DNA of 41,654 nucleotides, taken from NCBI GenBank assembly GCA_964552865.1, contig CAZKII010000003.1:1-41654 (forward strand), in the 5' to 3' direction. Shown here one piece after another: positions 8,658 through 18,100 of this stretch. Below the pieces are notes generated by a model that searched no databases, was not told the DNA's origin, and saw nothing but the letters and a program-made list of their open reading frames with translations. How positions within the stretch are numbered: position 1 is the stretch's first letter; each line of letters begins with the position of its first letter. The stretch comes from an uncultured Thermoplasmata archaeon (GTDB lineage: Archaea; Thermoplasmatota; Thermoplasmata; JAJSAE01). Made by a program: the position numbers and the translations under genes.

Positions 8658-9704
8658 TTATTTAAGGAATAGGCTTCCGATGTCTGCCATATATTTTTCC
8701 AGCTCTTTTCTGTATCGGTTTATTTCGCTCTCTGCCACTTTGAAAGCCTCGGAGTTATCCTTTGATGCCAGCTGGAGAATGTTATCTACTCCTTTTTTTG
8801 TAAAGCTTTCGTGTGGGGTATTTATAGTGTTCAAAAAAGCATGAGTTCTCAGATCGATGTCCAGAAGATAAGAGGGTTTCTTTGAAGTCAAGAAGGCAAT
8901 GTGGAGGTGGAGCCTCGGCCCGATGTGCATGGAATACCCTTCCAGGACTTCTGTTTCATCAATGCTCTTTCCAGATATATCGTGGGTTTCCATACCTAGA
9001 TTGCCTGCAAGTTTCTCCAGTTTTTCCATTGTTTTCGTGTTAAATCCGTGCTGAAACGCGACTCCTATCTTCTTTCCATCCATTTTTCTTTTAATTGCTT
9101 TTAGGAGGTAGTACGAAACAGAGGTGTTTGAATGGTGCTTGAGATTCCATATCTTGTGTCTTCCGCTCCCTGGAAGAGAGATAAGAATGGAATCTATCTT
9201 CTTAGGAGGCATCATTGCCTCCCATTCCATATTGTAAAGAGCAGGGCATCCTGTGAGCCTTGGTTTTATACCGTAGGCTTCAAGGACCTTTTTTGTCTCT
9301 ACATCTCTTACCGAGACAAGTTTTGATGATTCGTATACTCTTTTCCAGAAACGGACAGATTCTTCGTCTGTGAAATACTCCTTATATGAGGGTGAATATG
9401 CACTGGAGACTCCGATGCCCAGAGTCACCACAGGGATCTCCCCTCTTTTCCTTTCGAGCTTTTCTATAAGCTTTTTTATGTGCATCGTTTGTGGATGCAT
9501 TTTTCTGGTGAGTATCGGCCCGCCGAGGATAATTAATCCATCAGTTTCATCAACCTCTATCTCCTGAAATCTGGGAAGATATGTGAACTCCAACTTATCC
9601 TTCAGATATTTCTCTAATAAGTCTCTGCCTCTGCGATAAATCAGGAAATCCCCGCCGTTTAATGAGGCTCCGTGCAGTACGGTAATCTTTGGTTTAGCAT
9701 TCAT
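8658..9704 (-). CDS. Polysaccharide pyruvyl transferase family protein
   Basis: PS_pyruv_trans-like signature order: LNGGDFLI, DGLIILGGPIL, VSVRDVETKKVLEAYGI..TGCPAL, IGPRLHLHIAFL. ATGA overlap with the upstream neuA/pseG-like gene. Confidence 0.65.
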   Translation of the reverse strand: MNAKPKITVLHGASLNGGDFLIYRRGRDLLEKYLKDKLEFTYLPRFQEIEVDETDGLIILGGPILTRKMHPQTMHIKKLIEKLERKRGEIPVVTLGIGVSSAYSPSYKEYFTDEESVRFWKRVYESSKLVSVRDVETKKVLEAYGIKPRLTGCPALYNMEWEAMMPPKKIDSILISLPGSGRHKIWNLKHHSNTSVSYYLLKAIKRKMDGKKIGVAFQHGFNTKTMEKLEKLAGNLGMETHDISGKSIDETEVLEGYSMHIGPRLHLHIAFLTSKKPSYLLDIDLRTHAFLNTINTPHESFTKKGVDNILQLASKDNSEAFKVAESEINRYRKELEKYMADIGSLFLK

Positions 9705-11365
9705 TTTCTCCCTCCTTTCTCATGATATCTCTCCATAATAAGGTTTATAACGCGGTCAATCCCTCCCCTCAGATTAAAGGCAAGCATCTTTCTATTGATT
9801 TCCGCCCGTTTATCTGGATTTCTCAGCAAGTCGTCTATTGCACGGGCTATTTCCTCCTCTTTGACATTATAAGAGAGTCCGAGATTTACGATACAGCCAG
9901 ACAGATAGGAGAAGAGGTGCCTCATTTCCCTCTCATTCTGGGATATGGATATGCAGGGTACTCCCATGCTGGTAACCTCATATATGGTCCTTCCGTTCGA
10001 GGTTATGACGAGGTCCGATTCAGCGATTTCTCTGGCCATATGCTTTACATTCTTCTTGATATCAATGGCTCCGACCACGTTTTCTAGGGCGTTTACAGCG
10101 GTTATAAGCTCTTCATCATTTCTATACGCCATGCCGACTATAACGGTAACAGATATGTCCTTGAGTTTCAGCCTCTCAAGGGAGCGAAGCGTCTTTATGG
10201 TGAGGTTTCCCGGGTCGCTCCCTCCAAAAGTGATTAGTATTTTCTTCGGCTCCTTTTTCACACCGCTCACGGGAGGCGTGAATAAAAACTCGTCCCGAAG
10301 ACAGACATATTTGTGGCCGTAGTAGTGGTTCTCTGACGGAGACGCGTTTTCATAAAGGGCATTGATGACCAGATCGGCCAGTTCTGCTCCAGGCCCGAGG
10401 TCCTCGAAATTGACGGTAAAATACCCCAACTTTTTCAGACTTTTCACATACTCCTCTGTGGTGTCCAGAATGTCATTTATAACTATTTGCGGTTTCAATT
10501 CAGCCAATGGGGATATTGCGTCTTCTCCTTGAAAGGTTTCCACACGATAGTTGTTTTCTCTCACCTTCGCTACACCATCTTCCATATCTTCTCTCATTAG
10601 GAAAATTATATCGTGGTACAGGCCGAGTCTGTTTGCAAGAGTAAGGCCCCGGTAAACATGCCCCATTCCTATATCTCCTCCGCCGTCTGTTCTTATAACG
10701 ATTCTCAACTTCTTGAGAGTATTCTCCGCAACCCACCAATCCTGAACGGAATCGATATCAACGCTTTCAGCCTCTGGCGTTATGAATATCTCCACTCTTT
10801 TTCCAAACCTTCCATCTTTCTTGACGAATTCTCTATGGGTGATAACGAAAGCCCCGCTCTCACGGTAAATGGGTTCTAAGTACTGCCTGTTCTTTCTCTC
10901 CGCATAGGCAGGAATGAATCCACTCCCTATCTTCTTCCAGTAGAGATGCCGCTCTTCCGTGGCTGAAATTATAGTATCCACCCCCCGGCCCATAATGGCC
11001 ATGAGAGCTCTGTCGAGTGTTTTTGGGGAAAGAAGGGGTGATGTTGGCTGTATGGTAACCACATACTCGTATCTCTTTCCGTTCACCTTTTCCGCCTCAT
11101 TCACTGCGTGATAAACGACGGGATCGAGGGTTATATCGTCTTCTGAAAGGTGCGGAGGGCGTTTTATGACCTCAGCTCCGTATAATCTGGCCACCTCGGC
11201 AATTTCTTCATCCTCTGTTGTTACAACGACATAATCTATATATTCTGACTCGATGGCGGTTTTTATTGTATAATATATGAGAGGTTTTCCTGATAATGGT
11301 CTCAGGTTTTTTCTCGGGATGCCTTTGCTCCCGCCTCTTGCTGGAATAACCGCTATTATATTCAT
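9701..11365 (-). CDS. Fusion protein: N-terminal acylneuraminate/pseudaminate cytidylyltransferase (NeuA/PseF-like) plus C-terminal PseG/SpsG-like UDP-sugar hydrolase (GT28 C-terminal-like) domain
   Basis: N-terminal IAVIPARGGSKGIPRKN and TIQPTSPL (CTP_transf_3). From about aa 220: IRTDGGGDIGMGHVYRGLTLA, ILITFGGSDPGN and DLVITSNGRTIYEVTSMGVPCISI, typical of PseG/SpsG. GAGGAGAG SD upstream of ATG 11365. Confidence 0.8.
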   Translation of the reverse strand: MNIIAVIPARGGSKGIPRKNLRPLSGKPLIYYTIKTAIESEYIDYVVVTTEDEEIAEVARLYGAEVIKRPPHLSEDDITLDPVVYHAVNEAEKVNGKRYEYVVTIQPTSPLLSPKTLDRALMAIMGRGVDTIISATEERHLYWKKIGSGFIPAYAERKNRQYLEPIYRESGAFVITHREFVKKDGRFGKRVEIFITPEAESVDIDSVQDWWVAENTLKKLRIVIRTDGGGDIGMGHVYRGLTLANRLGLYHDIIFLMREDMEDGVAKVRENNYRVETFQGEDAISPLAELKPQIVINDILDTTEEYVKSLKKLGYFTVNFEDLGPGAELADLVINALYENASPSENHYYGHKYVCLRDEFLFTPPVSGVKKEPKKILITFGGSDPGNLTIKTLRSLERLKLKDISVTVIVGMAYRNDEELITAVNALENVVGAIDIKKNVKHMAREIAESDLVITSNGRTIYEVTSMGVPCISISQNEREMRHLFSYLSGCIVNLGLSYNVKEEEIARAIDDLLRNPDKRAEINRKMLAFNLRGGIDRVINLIMERYHEKGGRK

Positions 11366-11556
11366 TTCATTACTCTCCTCTCACTCCATTTAAAGGCTTT
11401 CAACCATCGAATCTATCTTTTCCATTTTGGAAAGAGACATGATCTAGGTGTATATAATGATTTGTCCTAGTAGGATACCGAGTCCGAGATGCGGACCAGT
11501 GGTGTTACCTTCTTATAAGATTTTTGTGTGCCTGCTTGTCAGGTTTGTCGTCTAAA

Positions 11557-11565
11557 CTTTTATAC
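11557..11565 (+). promoter_or_regulatory. TATA box for a leaderless flippase transcript
   Basis: CTTTTATAC is centred about 26 nt upstream of ATG 11587. Confidence 0.4.
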
Positions 11566-11586
11566 TATGAACTGTTTTCCTCTCTA

Positions 11587-13092
11587 ATGATATCGCGCCA
11601 ATCTCTGTCGATAATGCTCAACAACGCTGTTGGCAGCTTTCTTGGCTTTGCCTCGATGTTCCTGATACTCCGGTATATGGGAGCGGAAGCACTCGGTATC
11701 GTGGCTTTCGGAATGGGGTTTGCAGGCCTGTTTAGTTCTATTACTAATCTGGGAACGAATTCCGCGCATGTAAAAAGAATCTCTGAGGGGAGGAACGAGC
11801 CAGACTGTGTTGCGACATATATACTTATAAAATTTGTCTTGACAAGCATATATGGTGTTATAGTCCTTTTTTCCTTATATGTCTGGACCGACATCTTGGG
11901 CAATGGTTTTGAAAGCGATTTGCAGAGATATTCTATATACATATTCACAATATATTGGATATTTTTCTCATTAAGCAATATTTTCATTACTACTTTCATG
12001 GGCCGTCGGGAGATGGTAAAGGCGCAGATTCCGAATTTTGTGAACAATGTCTCTCGATTTCTGCTCATTGTATTTGTAGCATTATTCTCCTTAGGGACTG
12101 TGACTCTGATGTGGTCATATACTATCGCCATGTTCATCGGTTTTATAGCCGGAATGCTCTTATTCCATGGAACAAGGATAGGTAAGGTATCAAGAACAGA
12201 TATCCGCTCCTATTATTCGTTCGCCCTTCCTCTGGCTCTCTCCTCGTCGGTAACTGTCATTGCAGCAAATTTTGATGCTGTGATAATTCAGTATTTCTGG
12301 GGTGCTTTAGAGGTGAGTTATTTCTTTGCCGCCCAGAAGATCTGGCTCATGATGCGCAGTGTGGGAATTGCGGTGGCAACATCTCTCTTCCCATTTATTT
12401 CAAAAATGCATAAAAAGGGAGACATTGGAGTTATACGCACTTCCTCCCGGCTCGCGGAGAGATATATTTCTCTGATAACGACACCTCTCGCCCTTTTCAT
12501 CATAACTTTTTCCGTCTCTGTTGTACATGTTCTTCTTTCGGACGCTCTTCTCCCCGCAATTCCGGTAATTCGGGTTATGACACTTGCAGGGCTCCTCGGG
12601 GCCGTAAATTATCCATATGTCTATCTTATAATGGGCATGGATCGTTCTGATATAAGTGGCAAGATTCTCAGTCTTCGTGGAGGACTGAACATAGTTCTAT
12701 CATTCGTTCTTGTTTCTTCGGTTATTTTCGGAGTGCGTCTGTTTGGCCTAGGTCCCTTTGGCTCTGGGCTCGCCCTCTTGTTAAGTCTTGTTGTTGCAGG
12801 CTCTATTGAGAGGATAATCTCTTGGAGGCTTGCAAGAGTTCTACCTGAGACGGATGTTCTAAAGCACCTTATTGCTGCCCTGCTCACATCCATTCTTTTT
12901 CTTCAAATCGACACTTCCTGGGCCACTCGCTGGTACACTCTCTCTATCCTCGGAATACTCTATCTGGGCCTGTATTCACTTATTTTGTATCTCATAGGGG
13001 GGCTTAAGAAGGAGGACATAGACCTCATCCTCGATACTCTGAATCCCTTCAAAATGTTCAGGTACATCTCGGACGAGGTCCGTGGAAAGTGA
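11587..13092 (+). CDS. Polysaccharide biosynthesis protein / Wzx-type (MOP superfamily) oligosaccharide flippase
   Basis: Polytopic membrane protein with about 12-14 hydrophobic helices, divergent from the glycan operon. The ORF opens at TTG 11524, but ATG 11587 sits at leaderless distance from the TATA box. Confidence 0.7.
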   Translation: MISRQSLSIMLNNAVGSFLGFASMFLILRYMGAEALGIVAFGMGFAGLFSSITNLGTNSAHVKRISEGRNEPDCVATYILIKFVLTSIYGVIVLFSLYVWTDILGNGFESDLQRYSIYIFTIYWIFFSLSNIFITTFMGRREMVKAQIPNFVNNVSRFLLIVFVALFSLGTVTLMWSYTIAMFIGFIAGMLLFHGTRIGKVSRTDIRSYYSFALPLALSSSVTVIAANFDAVIIQYFWGALEVSYFFAAQKIWLMMRSVGIAVATSLFPFISKMHKKGDIGVIRTSSRLAERYISLITTPLALFIITFSVSVVHVLLSDALLPAIPVIRVMTLAGLLGAVNYPYVYLIMGMDRSDISGKILSLRGGLNIVLSFVLVSSVIFGVRLFGLGPFGSGLALLLSLVVAGSIERIISWRLARVLPETDVLKHLIAALLTSILFLQIDTSWATRWYTLSILGILYLGLYSLILYLIGGLKKEDIDLILDTLNPFKMFRYISDEVRGK

Positions 13093-14577
13093 TCACTCGA
13101 AATGATCCTCTATCTCCTCTATCAGCGGCTCTGCATCCAGACCCTGATATCCGAGCATAACCGCCAGTTCGTCCACATTGTACTTCTGCCCGTATTTGTA
13201 CAGGTTCTCGACTATGTACGGCCCGGTCTTCGGGTTCTCGAACCACTTTTCTCCGAACTTCTCCCGGAGCACGGCCCTCAGCTGAGCCTCGAATATCCAC
13301 GCTCTTAGGTACTGCGAGACATAAAAGCCGTCATCCACATCCACCAGATAGTGCTCCTCCGGGTGCCTGAACTTCAGTGCCGATTCCAGCGTCTCTTTGT
13401 AGAACTTTCCCATGCTGTCGTCCACAATGCTCTGGTGCAGTTTTATCTCGTAGATGAGCTTTGCAGCGTAGCGCCGCAGGAAGAAGAGCTTGATCAGATA
13501 GACGAAGTCGAGGTATTTCTTCATGTCCTCCATGCTCGTGTACTTCGCAACCCATCTGGCATCGGTGGTCAGGTACTGGAACAGGAAGGCGTAGCTCTCG
13601 CTGACCGAAACATCGCCGAGGTATTTGAACTCCTCCGGGAGGTCCGGATCGACGCTGCCGAAGTGCTCCGCGTGTCCGCCCTCGTGCAGCAGCGTGTCGT
13701 AATCTCCGTAGCCTCCGTGGGGCAGGAGGTTCAGCATGATCTTGTCGGGCACCTTTATCGGGGCCACGAACGCGCGGGGGGACTTGTTCGGCCTCTCTTC
13801 GTAGTCGAGGTGGATGTTCTTCTGCGCATCCAGGTCTATCCCCATCCCCAGCAGGGTGGCCTTGAATGTATCTATCAGTTTCTCCTTGGGGAAGTAGTCG
13901 TCGAATTCCTTTGCTCTGAAAAGGAGGGATATGTCGTGCTTCTCAGCTTCTTCGAGCGTTATTCCGAGATTCTCCTCCAGAAACTCGTTCATCTTCTCCA
14001 CATATATCCCCTCGGTGCGGGTCAGGAGGTTTTTCATGATCTTCTCGAGCCCCCTGAAGTCTATTCCTTTCAGAGAGCGATAGAGTGCCATGTAGTTCTC
14101 GTATCCGAGGTTTCTGGCGGTCTTGTGAAGCTTTGCTATCTTCTTCTCCAGAATGGGGTTCAGCTCCTTCACCACCTCGAGCCGCTTCCGGTCTATCTCC
14201 TTCCTCCTCTCCCTGTCCTCCTCGTTGGAGAGCGTCACCGCGGACATGCGATAGGCTATCTTTTCCCCGTCCACCTCTATGCTGGCCTTCGACTCTGCGG
14301 TTTCGAACTGGTCGTTCAGCTCGCTTACCTTCGAGTCCAGAAGGGCCTCCGTTACGAACGCCTGGAAGAACCTGAGGCTCCTGTCCTCGCCCCCTTCCGC
14401 AGCCTCCCTTGCAGCGGTGAGTTCTTCGAGAAGCTCCTCGCTGAATAGGTACGAGTATTTTTCATATATGGCCGAGAGATTGAGTTCCTCCTTCTGACCG
14501 GAGCCATTCAGGTAGTACTCCTCGTCCATCTCTCCTACGAAGCCCTCTATTCCTTTTCTAAGTTCTTTCATATCCAT
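13093..14577 (-). CDS. pepF: M3B-family zinc metallopeptidase (oligoendopeptidase F-like)
   Basis: HEGGHAEH zinc motif with a downstream SVSESYAFLF (third-ligand Glu region of the M3 family). GGGGAG SD upstream of ATG 14577. Its stop codon abuts the flippase stop with no gap. Confidence 0.65.
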   Translation of the reverse strand: MDMKELRKGIEGFVGEMDEEYYLNGSGQKEELNLSAIYEKYSYLFSEELLEELTAAREAAEGGEDRSLRFFQAFVTEALLDSKVSELNDQFETAESKASIEVDGEKIAYRMSAVTLSNEEDRERRKEIDRKRLEVVKELNPILEKKIAKLHKTARNLGYENYMALYRSLKGIDFRGLEKIMKNLLTRTEGIYVEKMNEFLEENLGITLEEAEKHDISLLFRAKEFDDYFPKEKLIDTFKATLLGMGIDLDAQKNIHLDYEERPNKSPRAFVAPIKVPDKIMLNLLPHGGYGDYDTLLHEGGHAEHFGSVDPDLPEEFKYLGDVSVSESYAFLFQYLTTDARWVAKYTSMEDMKKYLDFVYLIKLFFLRRYAAKLIYEIKLHQSIVDDSMGKFYKETLESALKFRHPEEHYLVDVDDGFYVSQYLRAWIFEAQLRAVLREKFGEKWFENPKTGPYIVENLYKYGQKYNVDELAVMLGYQGLDAEPLIEEIEDHFE

Positions 14578-14835
14578 TTCAAACTCCCCCAGAGGAAAAG
14601 GGTGGGAAGATGGGCAGGCAAGAGTCCTGACGCGCGGCCAGATCGAGTTTTACTTTCGGAGCACAGCCCTTATGGTTACGTGCCTTGAGATCTGGACTTA
14701 CGCGCTACCCATCTCAATCAGGGATTGGAGCGGGCCTATATATAGTTTTGGGACTGGTTATCGGCATTCACCGTTCGTCTGGACGGCGGAGTGATTCACC
14801 CGGGTCCGTCTTCTGTTCACTAATGAGCAATATCC

Positions 14836-14844
14836 TTTTATATT
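14836..14844 (+). promoter_or_regulatory. TATA box for a leaderless transcript of the small-gene/top6 block
   Basis: TTTTATATT is centred about 26 nt upstream of ATG 14866. Confidence 0.45.
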
Positions 14845-14865
14845 GTGGGTTACAATCCTATCCCA

Positions 14866-15342
14866 ATGGGAGATAAAGAGCTGGAAGAGCAGATTGCGGA
14901 ACTGTCGCAGAGGATAGCCGAGATGGAGACGCTCATGAAGCGGCTGGCGGCGGCCCTTCTGAATAACCCGGGAACCCGTCAGATTCAGTCCGCAGCATCT
15001 TCCATCGCTCCTTACATGAGGATTCTCGATTCCTACATGTCCAACGGCTCCGTTGGCCCGGAGATAGTCCTTCCGCAGGTCAGGGACCCGATTTCGAGGG
15101 AGATAATCTCGGTCCTTTTCTCCATAAAAGAGGGGAACATCTCCCGGATAACCGAGGAACTCAGGAAGAGGAGGGGGAAGGCCTCCCGACGAATAGTCGC
15201 GAAGAAGCTGGCGGAGCTGGAGGAAATGGGCGTTCTGGAGGTGGACGAGGGCTCTAGGGACAAGAGATACTCTCTTTCCGACGAGGTGGTCAGAAAGTGG
15301 TTAAAAGTGCTCGGAATCGATATAAAGGGTGACGAGGATTGA
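14866..15342 (+). CDS. Coiled-coil plus winged-helix DNA-binding protein (putative transcriptional regulator)
   Basis: N-terminal heptad-like ELEEQIAELSQRIAEMETLMKRL. C-terminal wHTH-like ISRITEELRKRRGKASRRIVAKKLAELEEMGVLEVDEGSRDKRYSL. The ORF opens at GTG 14845, but ATG 14866 fits the TATA spacing. Confidence 0.6.
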   Translation: MGDKELEEQIAELSQRIAEMETLMKRLAAALLNNPGTRQIQSAASSIAPYMRILDSYMSNGSVGPEIVLPQVRDPISREIISVLFSIKEGNISRITEELRKRRGKASRRIVAKKLAELEEMGVLEVDEGSRDKRYSLSDEVVRKWLKVLGIDIKGDED

Positions 15343-15360
15343 GATAACAGAGGTGATTGA

Positions 15361-15786
15361 ATGACAGAAGAAAAAAAAGAATACGGATCGGAAACGGACG
15401 ACGAAGACGACATACAGGAACTGAGAGAGGTTCTGGAAGTGGTCTCCGAGAAGGTGCCCAAACTGATAAAGGAGATTGTGGATGCGGTCTACAACAATCA
15501 GGACCCGGACGAGTACGGCCGCTCGGTTGCTTCCTTCTATAAGCAGCTGACGGACGCAGGGATGGATCCGGAGCAGGCCTACAGGCTCACGGAGAAGTTC
15601 ATGGATAGCCGTGATCTGCCCTCCCTCATAAGCAAAATAATAGAGAAGGAAGGGGGACTCAACTTCGGGCCCGGCATGTCCGGTTCCGGCAAGAAGGTCA
15701 GAATTGTTAGGAACGGGGACAATGTCGAGATTGATGTGGACGGAACGGATGAACCGACCGAAACGATGGAAAGTGAGGAAGAATGA
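15361..15786 (+). CDS. Small acidic hypothetical protein
   Basis: 141-aa ORF 18 nt after the regulator, preceded by AGAGGTGA SD. Both termini are acidic (TDDEDD, ESEEE) around a helical core. No motif recognised. Confidence 0.55.
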   Translation: MTEEKKEYGSETDDEDDIQELREVLEVVSEKVPKLIKEIVDAVYNNQDPDEYGRSVASFYKQLTDAGMDPEQAYRLTEKFMDSRDLPSLISKIIEKEGGLNFGPGMSGSGKKVRIVRNGDNVEIDVDGTDEPTETMESEEE

Positions 15787-16073
15787 GGAAGTCGAGGGGC
15801 GGAAAAGCGGCCAGAGTAATCCTATCGTTTCTGCTTATAGCCGTGCTTCTGCTCCGCCTCCTTTTTCTTTTTTTCTCTCTGAAGCTCCGCTCCTATTATC
15901 GCTCCAGAAGGTTTTACAGGGCCCTTCGGGCGAGCGGGCTCGATAAGGTGACGGCTCGACGCTTTCTCGGGACATACAGGAAGCACAATGTGCTTTCTCT
16001 GAGGAGGATTATATCCATGGCCTCCGGGGGGCGCGTTTTCTCCTCCGGTGCCGCCAATCATAAGCCTTATTAA
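15783..16073 (+). CDS. Small, highly basic single-pass membrane protein (hypothetical)
   Basis: ATGA overlap with the preceding gene, and GTGAGGA SD at 15773-15779. Hydrophobic helix [22 protein letters not shown] followed by an Arg-rich tail. Confidence 0.4.
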   Translation: MRKSRGGKAARVILSFLLIAVLLLRLLFLFFSLKLRSYYRSRRFYRALRASGLDKVTARRFLGTYRKHNVLSLRRIISMASGGRVFSSGAANHKPY

Positions 16074-16111
16074 CCCGCGCTCCATTCTCCATTCGGGATG
16101 CGCTTCCCGGG

Positions 16112-18100
16112 ATGTGCTTGCAGATGTCATCGGTTGCAGAGAGAATGGCAAAGAATCAGAAGGCAATATCGGTAGCGGAGTTTTTCGAAAGGAACAGGCA
16201 GATACTCGGATTCGACACTCTCACGAAGTCGCTGCTCACGGCGGTGAAGGAGGCGGTGGACAATTCGCTGGATGCCTGCGAAGAGGCCGGAATACTCCCC
16301 GATATCACGGTTTCCATAAAGAAGATTCAGAAGGATGAATACAGGGTCGTGGTGGAGGATAACGGACCGGGCATCGTTCGGCGTCAGGTCCCCAATGTCT
16401 TCGGCCGCCTCCTCTACGGCTCCCGCTTCCATTCAATAAGGCAGTCCAGAGGGCAGCAGGGCATAGGAATTTCCGCCGTTGTCATGTATGCGCAGCTCAC
16501 CACGGGCCACCCCGCGAAGATAAAGACGAAGACAGCGGAGATGGACGCGGCCCTTACCATGCAGCTGATGCTGGACACCAAGACCAACAGGCCGGTGATA
16601 CAGAAGGAGGACTTTTTCATATGGGACAGGGAGCACGGCACATCCATAGAGGTGGATATGAAGGCGAGATATGTGGCAGGGAGGCAGTCCGTGTTCGAGT
16701 ATCTGAAAGGGACCGCTCTGGTGAACCCCCATGCGAGGATAATTTATAAGGGGCCGGACGGCGTCAAATACACATTCGACAGGGCCACCACGGAGATGCC
16801 CGCGCCAACGGTGGAGATAAAACCCCATCCGAAGGGGATAGAGGTGGGAAAGTTCCTGAACATGGCCAAGGCCACCAAGAACAAGAAGATGCTCTCCTTC
16901 CTCCACACTGAGTTCTCAAGGGTCAGCTACAGGGTCGCCAAGGAGATCTGCGAAGCCGCAGGCATAAGCCCGGACATGAACCCGAAGAAGCTCACGCTTC
17001 AGGATGCGAGAAATCTCCTCAAAAGCCTCGACAAGGTGAAGATAATGGCCCCTCCCACCGATTGTCTTTCTCCAATCGGCCCCTCTCTCATAAGGAAGGG
17101 ATTGAAGAACATTCTGGGTGACATGAAGCCGGAGTTCTACGCCCCTCCTGTAACAAGGGAGCCGAAGGTCTACGGCGGCCATCCGTTTCAGGTGGAGGTG
17201 GGCATCGTTTACGGCGGAGAGATTCCGAAGGACCGGCCCGTTTCCATATACCGCTTCGCGAATCGCGTGCCCCTCCTCTACCAGCAGGGTGCCTGTGTCA
17301 CCACAAAGGCGGTCGAGAGCATAGACTGGCGGAGGTACGGCCTTGAACAGCGGGGCGGAAAGGGAATCCCCTACGGCCCGGCGATAATCCTCATCCATGT
17401 GGCCTCCACCCAGATACCATTCACTTCCGAGTCCAAGGAGGCGATTGCGTCGATACCGGAGGTTCAGGAGGAGATCGAGCTGGCGCTGAAGGCGTGTGCC
17501 AGAAAGTTGAAGACCCACCTGAGCAGAAAGGAGAAGAAGGAGAAGAACAGGGTGAAGTTCCAGATTGTGCAGGAGATCCTGCCGCAGATAGCCGAGAAGT
17601 CCGCTGCCATAATCGACAGGCCGGTTCCTGACCTCCGGGGGACCATAACCCAGATAATGAATGTGGTCTGGATAGACGACGAGCTGACCTTCAGGAAGGA
17701 CAGATACCGCGTTTCCATAAAGATACACAACTACACCCCCACCGGCAAGAAGTTCAGCCTTCACTACCTCCTGCCGGAAAAGGGATTTCCCATGAATTTC
17801 AGCCACCCGCCCACCGAGAGCAGCGGCCAGAAGATACGATGGGACCTCAAGAGGATTCCGTCCACCGAGGCCATTGAGATAAATTTCGAGATAATCGGCC
17901 TTGAAAAAGGGGATATGGACGAGAACGAGTTCTATGTCAGCGGCCTTCCCCCCGTGATGGTCATAGGAGCGGAGCCGTTGCCGGGCGACTGGAATGTGGC
18001 GAAGATGAAGGTGGATGAGGAGGTGGAAGAGGATAACGAGCCGGATGTGGACGAAATGGAGGACCTTATAGACGATTCGGAGGTTGGTGAGTATGACTGA
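16112..18100 (+). CDS. top6B: DNA topoisomerase VI subunit B
   Basis: [19 protein letters not shown] and the GHKL ATPase Bergerat-fold motifs [12 protein letters not shown] and DNGPGI. The start is ambiguous among ATG 16112, 16124 and 16145 ([14 protein letters not shown] resembles known N-termini). Confidence 0.9.
   Translation: MCLQMSSVAERMAKNQKAISVAEFFERNRQILGFDTLTKSLLTAVKEAVDNSLDACEEAGILPDITVSIKKIQKDEYRVVVEDNGPGIVRRQVPNVFGRLLYGSRFHSIRQSRGQQGIGISAVVMYAQLTTGHPAKIKTKTAEMDAALTMQLMLDTKTNRPVIQKEDFFIWDREHGTSIEVDMKARYVAGRQSVFEYLKGTALVNPHARIIYKGPDGVKYTFDRATTEMPAPTVEIKPHPKGIEVGKFLNMAKATKNKKMLSFLHTEFSRVSYRVAKEICEAAGISPDMNPKKLTLQDARNLLKSLDKVKIMAPPTDCLSPIGPSLIRKGLKNILGDMKPEFYAPPVTREPKVYGGHPFQVEVGIVYGGEIPKDRPVSIYRFANRVPLLYQQGACVTTKAVESIDWRRYGLEQRGGKGIPYGPAIILIHVASTQIPFTSESKEAIASIPEVQEEIELALKACARKLKTHLSRKEKKEKNRVKFQIVQEILPQIAEKSAAIIDRPVPDLRGTITQIMNVVWIDDELTFRKDRYRVSIKIHNYTPTGKKFSLHYLLPEKGFPMNFSHPPTESSGQKIRWDLKRIPSTEAIEINFEIIGLEKGDMDENEFYVSGLPPVMVIGAEPLPGDWNVAKMKVDEEVEEDNEPDVDEMEDLIDDSEVGEYD

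Noticed and set aside
13351-14448. 365-aa + strand ORF
   Set aside because: It lies entirely antisense to the M3 peptidase gene, which has clear HExxH family motifs. Its translation is Leu/Val/His/Arg-rich low-information sequence, typical of a shadow ORF opposite a GC-rich, RNY-biased gene.
14591-14610. AGAGGAAAAGGGTGGG resembling the RNase P RNA CR-I motif (GAGGAAAGUCC)
   Set aside because: The match is imperfect, and the other conserved RNase P regions (CR-IV and CR-V type sequences) are not visible in the 288-bp gap. SRP RNA motifs are absent as well.
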